This document shows positions 5,791 through 13,109 of a DNA stretch of 13,259 nucleotides, piece by piece. This DNA is from Bacteriovoracaceae bacterium (GTDB lineage: Bacteria; Bdellovibrionota; Bacteriovoracia; Bacteriovoracales; Bacteriovoracaceae), in contig JBMYPC010000087.1 of the NCBI GenBank assembly GCA_049599895.1, forward strand, positions 1 to 13,259. Direction: 5' to 3'. The position numbers and the translations under genes were made by a program. How positions within the stretch are numbered: the stretch's first letter is position 1; every line of letters begins with the position of its first letter. The notes under the pieces were generated by a model, which saw only the letters and a program-made list of their open reading frames with translations, was not told the origin of the DNA and ran no database searches.

Positions 5791-7685
5791 GCTTGGCTGA
5801 ACATGTTACCACTCACTTGGTCGCAATGTAGGACTAAGGGGCCACCGTAAATTCCAGTTCTAAAAAAAATCATTGAAGAATTAGAAACAGCACTTATATC
5901 CCAATTGTTGGCATTAATATTGGTAAGACTTCTTGCATCAGAGAACATATAACTCATATCTGTTACATTACTTGTATTGAAACCAGAAAGATCTAATGAG
6001 CTTATGTACTCTCTTCCGCGAAACATGGCGGCCATATTTGTAACATTTGAAGTATCAAAGCTGCTAAGGTCAATAGTACCTGTTTGAGCATCAGAATCAT
6101 ACCCCCACATTTCAAACATGCCTGACATATTAGTTACATTAGAGGTATCAAAGTTTGAAAGGTCTAAAGCTGCCGAGCTTCCTCTAAAGTCGTTAAACAT
6201 GTTGGACATATCTGTAACATTTGAAGTATCAAAGCTACTTAAGTCAAGGGTGAAGCTTCGAGGAATTCTCCTAAACATGCTTTCCATCTTTGTCACATTT
6301 GAGGTGTCAAAATTACTTAGATTTAGCGCTGTAGGCCTGGTTTCAGTGAATATAAAGCCCATGTCTGTCACATTTGAGGTGTCAATCTCCGTTAGATCGA
6401 TACTTGTAAGCTTAGTGTTTGATGAGAGCATATGTCTCATATTTGTCACACTCTCAGTATGGTTGATTTTAGCCGATCTAAGTTCTGCTCCACTGAATGC
6501 TCCTTCCAGATTAAGCCACCCCACTTCTCCTAGATTATCAACATAGTGAAGATAATTTTTTCCGGCTCCAGAAGTTATAAAGTTCCAAGCTTCACAAGTG
6601 CCAGTTATTCTCATCGTTACATATTGTACTCCTGTTAAGCTGTAGGTATGAGTTTTGTCAGGGTCATCATGAGATGTGATTTCTGAAATAGTTCCATCTC
6701 CCCAGTCTATATAAAAGTCATAGTTGTAGCCGCTCACCAGTGGTAAAGTCACGGTCCAGCCGTTATTTACGTACCATCTAGTGGTAAAAAACTCTTCGCT
6801 TACACCACTACAAGGTTGGCCAAGAAATGAACCAAATCCATTCATTCCCAGGGCCGAGCAGGTTAGAGTTGCCGTGGTGGCTGTAAAAATGTTATAAGAG
6901 GATGTCAAGTTAGGTGTTGGCTTTTCTTCTATAGGTCCGAAATTAATATCTACGGTACCCATCCCTCTAAAAGTATTGTCCATATTTTCCACTTTTGAGA
7001 GATTCAAGTTTGAAATGTCTAAACTCGTTAGAGATGACATATTATAAAATAGACCTGCAAGAAATATCGCATCTTCTGTGTTTAAACATGTTGTATCAAA
7101 AGTCGTTAAAGAAGATACATCTTTAAACATATTGCTCATATCATAAACACGACTTGTGTCTAGTCCACATATGTCTAGAGAGGTGATTGAGCTAGCTCCT
7201 TCAAACATGCTTGCTGTATTTATTACATTAGAGATGCTCCCTGAGACATTGAAAGACTCTAGATTTGTTGCTCCATGAAATGCACCCTTTAGGTTGTTCC
7301 AACCAAGATCACCAAACTCTTCAACAGAGATAAGTTTAGCTTTATCTCCTGTGTTGTTTTGATACCAGGCCTCAGCGCTACCTATAATTGTAACTTGATA
7401 ATCTCCTGCAGTGGCATATGTATGTGTTTTGTTAGAAGAACTCGCAGAGGTGATAGTACTAGATGAACCATCTCCCCAATCAACTGTGATATTATATGAA
7501 TAACCACTTCTTAAGGGCAGGGTGATCGTTTCGTTTGAAGTTGTAGTCCTCCATGTCGAAACAAATTTGTTAGTGGTAGCGGCCGTCGTCCCTTGGTTTG
7601 CTTGACTTACCCGTTCTGTTTGAAAACAAGAGACAAAGAGAAGTTGTAAAGTAAATGCCTTCAGTAAACGTGCAACATTGTTCAT
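5781..7685 (-). CDS. BspA-type / DUF285 repeat surface lipoprotein with two PKD-like (WGDG) domains
   Basis: Track ORF 5781..7709; ATG 7685 has an AAGGG RBS-like element upstream and gives the lipoprotein signal MNNVARLLKAFTLQLLFVS|C20. Two VDWGDG/IDWGDG...THTY domains, each followed by (DLSxF)DTSNVTxMxxMF repeats. Confidence 0.88.
   Translation of the reverse strand: MNNVARLLKAFTLQLLFVSCFQTERVSQANQGTTAATTNKFVSTWRTTTSNETITLPLRSGYSYNITVDWGDGSSSTITSASSSNKTHTYATAGDYQVTIIGSAEAWYQNNTGDKAKLISVEEFGDLGWNNLKGAFHGATNLESFNVSGSISNVINTASMFEGASSITSLDICGLDTSRVYDMSNMFKDVSSLTTFDTTCLNTEDAIFLAGLFYNMSSLTSLDISNLNLSKVENMDNTFRGMGTVDINFGPIEEKPTPNLTSSYNIFTATTATLTCSALGMNGFGSFLGQPCSGVSEEFFTTRWYVNNGWTVTLPLVSGYNYDFYIDWGDGTISEITSHDDPDKTHTYSLTGVQYVTMRITGTCEAWNFITSGAGKNYLHYVDNLGEVGWLNLEGAFSGAELRSAKINHTESVTNMRHMLSSNTKLTSIDLTEIDTSNVTDMGFIFTETRPTALNLSNFDTSNVTKMESMFRRIPRSFTLDLSSFDTSNVTDMSNMFNDFRGSSAALDLSNFDTSNVTNMSGMFEMWGYDSDAQTGTIDLSSFDTSNVTNMAAMFRGREYISSLDLSGFNTSNVTDMSYMFSDARSLTNINANNWDISAVSNSSMIFFRTGIYGGPLVLHCDQVSGNMFSQACH
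5886..6452 (-). repeat. Coding tandem repeats (DUF285-type, 25-31 aa units) in module 2 of the surface lipoprotein
   Basis: TSNVT-encoding cores near 5961, 6039, 6132, 6213, 6291 and 6366 (spacings 78, 93, 81, 78, 75 nt, all multiples of 3). Exact DNA repeats: TGTAACATTTGAAGTATCAAAGCT at 6039-6062 and 6213-6236; TGTCACATTTGAGGTGTCAA at 6291-6310 and 6366-6385. Confidence 0.9.
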
Positions 7686-7885
7686 GATATTACCCTTGTT
7701 ATTTACCATTGTAGCTTCTTGTTCGGTGACAAGGCATTTTAGGTTTAAGGGTTATTAAAACTTTAATGTGATTTCAAAGGTTTAGGGAGAGTTTTTTTTG
7801 ATAAATGACTTATGCTAATTTTGACAAAAAACCTTACTATATGCGTATTTTTGCCAATATTTCTGGTCAGTGGTTGAAAAAAGTG

Positions 7886-7898
7886 GAGTTCTGAACTC
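7886..7898. promoter_or_regulatory. Short perfect inverted repeat (weak terminator or operator candidate)
   Basis: GAGTTC-T-GAACTC, 27 nt downstream of the stop of the 7926 gene; on the - strand it is followed by CACTTTTTT. The stem is short. Confidence 0.25.
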
Positions 7899-7925
7899 TT
7901 GTGTGGATTTCATCTTTATGAATGC

Positions 7926-9017
7926 TCATACTTTAGCCTCCGTGCTTATTTTCATAAAAAAATTTTTACAATTATTTAGGCCATTAAAATAAAAAGGCAC
8001 TTTCCTTTTTTCTATTTTTTGGGGATCTAGTTGATTAATACATTCGATAATATTACCGGTTAGTGAGTCAGTAAGGCCAAGAGTTCTCATATAGGGTATC
8101 TTTTTTGCGAATAGGGCACGAAGACCTTGTTCTCGATCATAAGGTCTTGGGATGAAAATAGTTTTTTTCTCTAATTCAAGTAATTCGGAAAAAGAGTTGT
8201 AACCGCACATTGAGATGACGATAGATGCACAGCTCATCTCTTCTTTCATTTTTGTTGTTGATCTTATAAAAGATACATTTTTGAGATCTTGATAGTTGTG
8301 AACATTGGAAAATTCTCCGGTTATCACTTTTATATTTTTATGGGGGAAAGAATTCGCTACAAAAAAAATAGTTTTTTCATAAAGACCAAAGTCACGCCCT
8401 CCTCCGAAGGTAAAAAGAATATCATAGGATTGAGGGCCTTGCTTAACAGGAGTTGAAGAAAAGTAACCCGTATATATTAGTTTATTATCTATGTTTTTGA
8501 AATCAAAAGGGAAAAGGTTTTTATCTCCATGTATAAGAATATAATCAAAAAGTGAGAGATAAAGAGATATTTTGCTTTTTTTGTTTTGTGTAAGTTCTTG
8601 ACCCAAGAGGTCTCTCATTGAGGAGATGATCTTTGCATCTGGAGAGTACTTTTTAACCGTTTCTATGGCAGATAAAAATTCATCACTCAACATATGACGT
8701 CCAAAAGGAAAAAACTCAAGACACAAAATACTAGGTTTTATATTTGTGATAATTTCTTTTATTTTATCAATACGATTCTGTTTGAGTTCCTCCGTGTAAT
8801 TGATAAGATTATAGTTATTCGAAACTTGAACTTCATCTAAGTGAATCAGTTCACCAAATTTTTCTAATTTACTTCTTTCCACAAGGGAAGGCCTCCCTCC
8901 TGAGATAATAGTAATGTTAAAGTTTAAAGGCTTTATTGAATGAAGTAACTTTTCTAATCTAGAAGTATGACCATAGGATTCATGATGGTGATAAAAGAAG
9001 AGTATCTTAGTTTTCAT
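7926..9017 (-). CDS. GT-B glycosyltransferase, COG4671-like (GT28 C-terminal domain)
   Basis: Track ORF starts at 9050; ATG 9017 (MKTKILFFYHHHESYGHTSR) overlaps the ABC gene end by 11 nt and is likelier. Motifs GHTSR, LEFFPFGR, SSMRD, ILIHGD, YTGY, TFGGGRD, SMCGYNSFSE, IPRPYDREQGLRA. Confidence 0.85.
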   Translation of the reverse strand: MKTKILFFYHHHESYGHTSRLEKLLHSIKPLNFNITIISGGRPSLVERSKLEKFGELIHLDEVQVSNNYNLINYTEELKQNRIDKIKEIITNIKPSILCLEFFPFGRHMLSDEFLSAIETVKKYSPDAKIISSMRDLLGQELTQNKKSKISLYLSLFDYILIHGDKNLFPFDFKNIDNKLIYTGYFSSTPVKQGPQSYDILFTFGGGRDFGLYEKTIFFVANSFPHKNIKVITGEFSNVHNYQDLKNVSFIRSTTKMKEEMSCASIVISMCGYNSFSELLELEKKTIFIPRPYDREQGLRALFAKKIPYMRTLGLTDSLTGNIIECINQLDPQKIEKRKVPFYFNGLNNCKNFFMKISTEAKV

Positions 9018-10653
9018 AAGTGAAAACCTCATCGTATAGTCGACTATCAAGTTTCAAATGACTTGTAATGATGATTATTTTCTCTTTTCTTAGTTTTTCT
9101 AAAATTTGAATGATAGATTTATGATAGCTATCTTGTAAAAAGGTGAAGGGTTCATCTAGCAGAATAAGATTGTGAGTTGAACATAAGGCTCTTGCCAAGG
9201 CCACTAGCTTTTTTTCTCCAGTTGAAAGCTCTTCCCCGTAGAGCTCAATTTGTGGACATTTTTTTTCTATTTTTAAAATATCCAGTTCTTGATAGACATA
9301 TTCATAGATTTTTTTATCAAAAGAGCTATTCATCTCAATATTTTCTTGAATCCTACCTGGAATAAGCAATGGCTCTTGAGAAAGATAAGAAAATGCAGGC
9401 TGATAATGGTCTTGAAAATTTGGATCTCCGTTAAAAACTAGATTTCCAAAGCTCGGAGTAAACAAAGTCGTCAAAAGTTTTAAGAGAGTCGATTTTCCTG
9501 CACCATTCCCCCCATGAATAAGAAAAACGCCGTTATGTTTAATATTGAAACTAAACTTTTTTGTAACAGAGTTTTCATTATAAAAATAGCCGAGCTTATG
9601 AGCCTCAATCTTTTGAATCTCCATAGACTCTAACCCTAGTTTTTGAGAGATACTCTGTTTATATTCATTAACTTCCCTTAAGTAAGGCTTGGTAAACATA
9701 ATTGTATTCAAAGAGGTAAAGACTTTGGCCAAGTGGGGGACAAGCCTTATTGATATGACACCGATAAGGGAGAGTTTGAGAAAACTTATGGTTTCGTTGC
9801 CGTTATCCTTTAGTGTAAAAAATGCAATTATAAAAAGGACAAAAGTTCCGATAATTTCAAATGTCGGTTTAGAATTTAAATTTATAATTTTTTTCTTCCT
9901 GTTTACTTCAGCGAGACTCATATAAGAGCTATTGAAATCATTTCGAAGCGTTTCTTTGTATTTGAATGCTTCAATCTCTACGAGGTTTTCTTTTAAGATT
10001 GTAACCAGTCTCATGATCTTTCTTTTGAGCTGTAGTCTTATGCTACCGATTCTTAAATGAATTTTTTTAAAGAAAGTAGTATATAAAATTAATAGTAATA
10101 GAAGTACAGCAAGAATGAAGATAAAAGCCGGAATAGAGTAATATGCAGTTAGTGTAAGAATACCTAATGCTAAAGTTAAATGTTGAAAGAATACGAAAAA
10201 GTTCGTCAAAATATTAACGGATAACTTTTCTGAATCTTCAATGAGACGATTTATTTTAATTTTTTCAAGTTTTTCGGCATTATTGAGACCCATACTCAAA
10301 AAGTTAGAATATAGTTTTTTCCCAAGGTCACTTTGAAATCCACTTACAAGTCGCACTAAAAGCTGGTTTGATAAGATTGATAGAAAAAATTTTAAGCTTA
10401 GTAGCGTGAAGATTAAACTAAGAACATCTATTTGTGATAAAGTGTTAAGCTTTGTTAACCATGGCCATTTCGTATCGAAAAGAAAAGATTCAGAGCTTGG
10501 TGTTGTAACTATTTTTTTTAATAAAGCTTCGAGGCTTCCTAAGCTTGATACCTCTAGCACTGTAATTAGAAGGGCTATACAAAAATAGAGAAGAGAAAGT
10601 CTTTTTTCCTTTTTTTCTAGTAGATTCCAAATATCATTGAATTTTATTTGCAT
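9007..10653 (-). CDS. ABC exporter, fused TMD + NBD (PglK/WlaB/MsbA-like, candidate glycan or lipid-linked oligosaccharide flippase)
   Basis: Track start TTG 10689; ATG 10653 is likelier. About six N-terminal TM helices, Walker A GGNGAGKST, Q-loop YLSQEP, signature LSTGE, Walker B/D-loop LILLDEPFTFLQ, H-switch ITSH. The LEVSSLG in TM1 and RLVP in the last TM resemble glycan-cluster exporters. Substrate inferred from context. Confidence 0.88.
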   Translation of the reverse strand: MQIKFNDIWNLLEKKEKRLSLLYFCIALLITVLEVSSLGSLEALLKKIVTTPSSESFLFDTKWPWLTKLNTLSQIDVLSLIFTLLSLKFFLSILSNQLLVRLVSGFQSDLGKKLYSNFLSMGLNNAEKLEKIKINRLIEDSEKLSVNILTNFFVFFQHLTLALGILTLTAYYSIPAFIFILAVLLLLLILYTTFFKKIHLRIGSIRLQLKRKIMRLVTILKENLVEIEAFKYKETLRNDFNSSYMSLAEVNRKKKIINLNSKPTFEIIGTFVLFIIAFFTLKDNGNETISFLKLSLIGVISIRLVPHLAKVFTSLNTIMFTKPYLREVNEYKQSISQKLGLESMEIQKIEAHKLGYFYNENSVTKKFSFNIKHNGVFLIHGGNGAGKSTLLKLLTTLFTPSFGNLVFNGDPNFQDHYQPAFSYLSQEPLLIPGRIQENIEMNSSFDKKIYEYVYQELDILKIEKKCPQIELYGEELSTGEKKLVALARALCSTHNLILLDEPFTFLQDSYHKSIIQILEKLRKEKIIIITSHLKLDSRLYDEVFTYEN

Positions 10654-10761
10654 TACTTTTAGTTTTCTCTTTTCTAAGTTTGAACACAATTATAAAACTT
10701 ATTTAGTCGTACAGTAAAAAAAAATATTGACGAGTTAATTACTCCGGTATAGCGAGAGAAA

Positions 10762-11928
10762 ATGCATAAGAAGAAAATACTTTTTGTTACTCATGAATTC
10801 CCCCCTGATTGTGGTGGGGTTGGTGTCTCTGCAGAGCGTATCAGTGGCTTTCTATCAACAAACTACGATTTAACACTTTTTCATTTGTTACAGGCCAAGG
10901 GCAAACAGTTTAAGACAAAAAGCGTAGAATATAAATCTTCACCTCATCGATATGTGAAATGTGAGCTAATAAGACTCTTCGATGAAAGAGAGTCACGGGC
11001 ATCCAGAGAGAAATATAACTATCAAAAAGATTGCTTAGAGCTTGAATCTTATCGATTGTTAGAAAATGAAATATTTGAGGGCGACTATGACCTAATTATA
11101 TCTTTTTATATTCTCCATTATGGAATGCAACTTACCCTACTATCTAAAAAGTATAATATTCCCATTGTTCAGTGCATTCGAGGTAATGATGTTGGCAAAT
11201 CAGTTTTTCAAGGTGAAAATTTTGGGAAGTTGCAGTTCATCTTAAAATCGGCAACGGCAGTTACTTCTGTGTCTGATGATTTAAAAAAAGTTGCACAAGT
11301 TATCGCCCCAAAAGTTCGTATTGAGTCTTTTTTAAATTCGATTGATCCAAGTAAGTGTGCGAGTCAATCACAAAAAGAAAACACCTTTACAATCGCTAGT
11401 GCTGGAAAATTTAAATTCAAAAAAGGAATCTCATTTTTATTAGAAGCAGTTGCTGGGCTAGATTTTGATTACAAGTTAAAACTTATAGGCGACTTTAATA
11501 AAGATTATGAAAAAGAGATTTTTTATAAACAATTAGAAATCTTTGGTCTTAATGAATCTAAAGTAGAGTTAACAGGTAACTTAAAAAGATCTGAAGTTTG
11601 GGATGAAATTCACTCTTCTCATGTTTTTGTTCAGCCTAGCCTCTTTTCGGAGGGTTGTCCAAATACATTGCTTGAAGCAATTTGTTTAAAAGTTCCGATC
11701 ATTGCCAGTGATGTAGGGGCTATACCACAGATAATCACTCATGAAGAGAATGGGTTTTTAGTAGGAGCTGGGAATTTTCTTGCAATTAAAGAATCAATTG
11801 AAAAGCTATATCATAGATCTTCTCTGGGGCTTGAGTTTTCACAGGAAGCTTTAAGGAGACTTGACATTAACTCGCAAGATATAGAAAAAGAAAGATGGCT
11901 TTCCTTAATAGCCGAGCTTTTAAGTTAA
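10762..11928 (+). CDS. Glycosyltransferase family 4 (GT-B, retaining)
   Basis: 388 aa; ILFVTHEFPPDCGGVG, IRGND, KKG, FVQPSLFSEGCPNTLLEA (E-x7-E), PIIASDVGAIPQII, ENGFLV. Confidence 0.92.
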   Translation: MHKKKILFVTHEFPPDCGGVGVSAERISGFLSTNYDLTLFHLLQAKGKQFKTKSVEYKSSPHRYVKCELIRLFDERESRASREKYNYQKDCLELESYRLLENEIFEGDYDLIISFYILHYGMQLTLLSKKYNIPIVQCIRGNDVGKSVFQGENFGKLQFILKSATAVTSVSDDLKKVAQVIAPKVRIESFLNSIDPSKCASQSQKENTFTIASAGKFKFKKGISFLLEAVAGLDFDYKLKLIGDFNKDYEKEIFYKQLEIFGLNESKVELTGNLKRSEVWDEIHSSHVFVQPSLFSEGCPNTLLEAICLKVPIIASDVGAIPQIITHEENGFLVGAGNFLAIKESIEKLYHRSSLGLEFSQEALRRLDINSQDIEKERWLSLIAELLS

Positions 11929-13086
11929 AACATCTGGGCATAGTTGAGGTTCTCTGTTTTTGACATTCTTTGTAAAAAGAGAGCGTTTGTTCATATCAAT
12001 CTTATTAGCTTCTTTGAACAGGGTTGATGCTTTGTCTTTGTTTCCAAGAAAAAATTCACTCGCGCCTAAATTATTCATAGCACTTGCATGATCATTTTTG
12101 AGTTCTAAAACTTTTCCAAAGTGTTTCTTAGCGCTCACATAGTCATTTTCCATAAAAGACCGCATGCCTTTAACAAACTCTTTTTGGTAAGGTGTTAAAA
12201 CTGTAAAATGCCTTCCAAAGCAAGTACAAAATTTGGCTGCACAGGGGTAGGCTTTATCATTCAGTACATCTGATGGAGAATTGTTAATATCACCAATTTT
12301 TGTATTTTCTGCTGTTGGCAAAGTGTCATCCTGATGGGTTTTTTTGTTTATAATATAGCTTTCATAGGGAAGTTCCCCACAGCGAGTGATGGTTCCTTCA
12401 TTGTGGACTCTTACGCATGTTGAGCCTGCTTTGCAATTTACGCCAAAGTAATTTAATGGAATTCTTCGAGTGGCCCTAGGAACCATTGAGAAAACCTTTC
12501 TTTCTTCATGGGTGAAAGCAAAGGGATATACACTTCCGTTGTAAAGACCTCTAAATGGTTTTGGGGTTAAGGTTATCCCAGACCTCTTAAATTCTTCAAA
12601 GTATTTATAATAGTCATTAACTCTTTCAGGAGTAATGACAAAAACTGCTTCAGTATTAAATCCTTTCCCCTTGAGGAAGTTGTAGTTTTCAATAAACAAC
12701 TTCTTTCGAACTTCTTCTTCAGAATCTTTTGGGTGAAAAGTTGCGATAATTTTTGGCACTGACTCAGCTTTTATATATTGTGCAAATTCATGAATTTTAC
12801 TTTTAACACTAAGGTTTGTATTTATTTCAAGTTGATGTTTTTTTGTGATTGTTTTTGCAAGCTCAATGAAATGATTAATATAAAAGGCTTCACCTCCAGA
12901 AACACCAATTCGCCATCGCTTATCTGTTTCTTCTAGGAAGTTGATGAGCTTGGTCGGGTTAAGGGTTGAATGAACTGAGCCCAAAGCCTCAGGAGAGAAA
13001 AAACAAGCCTTACACCGAAAGTTGCATTGATAACTAATTCTCCAGGCGATATAGTTTGGATGCGGTTTAACTTTAGATTCTATCAT
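11920..13086 (-). CDS. Radical SAM protein with twitch/SPASM-like Cys-rich domain and C-terminal TPRs
   Basis: CNFRCKAC (CxxxCxxC, 13003-13026), SGGEA, INTN; auxiliary-cluster-like Cys in CKAGSTCVRVHNEGTITRC and PCAAKFCTC; two TPR-like helical pairs (GMRSFMENDYVSAKKHFGKVLEL, AMNNLGASEFFLGNKDKASTLFKEA). Confidence 0.9.
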   Translation of the reverse strand: MIESKVKPHPNYIAWRISYQCNFRCKACFFSPEALGSVHSTLNPTKLINFLEETDKRWRIGVSGGEAFYINHFIELAKTITKKHQLEINTNLSVKSKIHEFAQYIKAESVPKIIATFHPKDSEEEVRKKLFIENYNFLKGKGFNTEAVFVITPERVNDYYKYFEEFKRSGITLTPKPFRGLYNGSVYPFAFTHEERKVFSMVPRATRRIPLNYFGVNCKAGSTCVRVHNEGTITRCGELPYESYIINKKTHQDDTLPTAENTKIGDINNSPSDVLNDKAYPCAAKFCTCFGRHFTVLTPYQKEFVKGMRSFMENDYVSAKKHFGKVLELKNDHASAMNNLGASEFFLGNKDKASTLFKEANKIDMNKRSLFTKNVKNREPQLCPDVLT

Positions 13087-13109
13087 GTTTTATTGATATC
13101 AGTGAGAAG

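Noticed and set aside
5961..6385. Regularly spaced 20-24 bp repeats with variable spacers, superficially CRISPR-like
   Set aside because: Repeats differ at codon third positions, spacings are all multiples of 3, they encode DTSNVT in an intact ORF, and no cas genes are present.
6118..6546. 142-aa + strand ORF with VTFEVSK repeats
   Set aside because: It is the reverse-complement reading of the DUF285 repeats (FDTSNVT), an expected shadow ORF.
5781..7685. Diversity-generating retroelement target or template in the repeat protein
   Set aside because: No reverse transcriptase in the window and no long template/variable repeat pair with adenine-specific differences was seen.
7821..7850. Perfect TTGACA -35 hexamer on the + strand
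   Set aside because: No good -10 box at 16-18 bp spacing, and it points antisense into the 7926 gene.
9177..10588. Three short + strand ORFs (62, 78, 60 aa)
   Set aside because: Antisense to the ABC transporter gene, no motifs.
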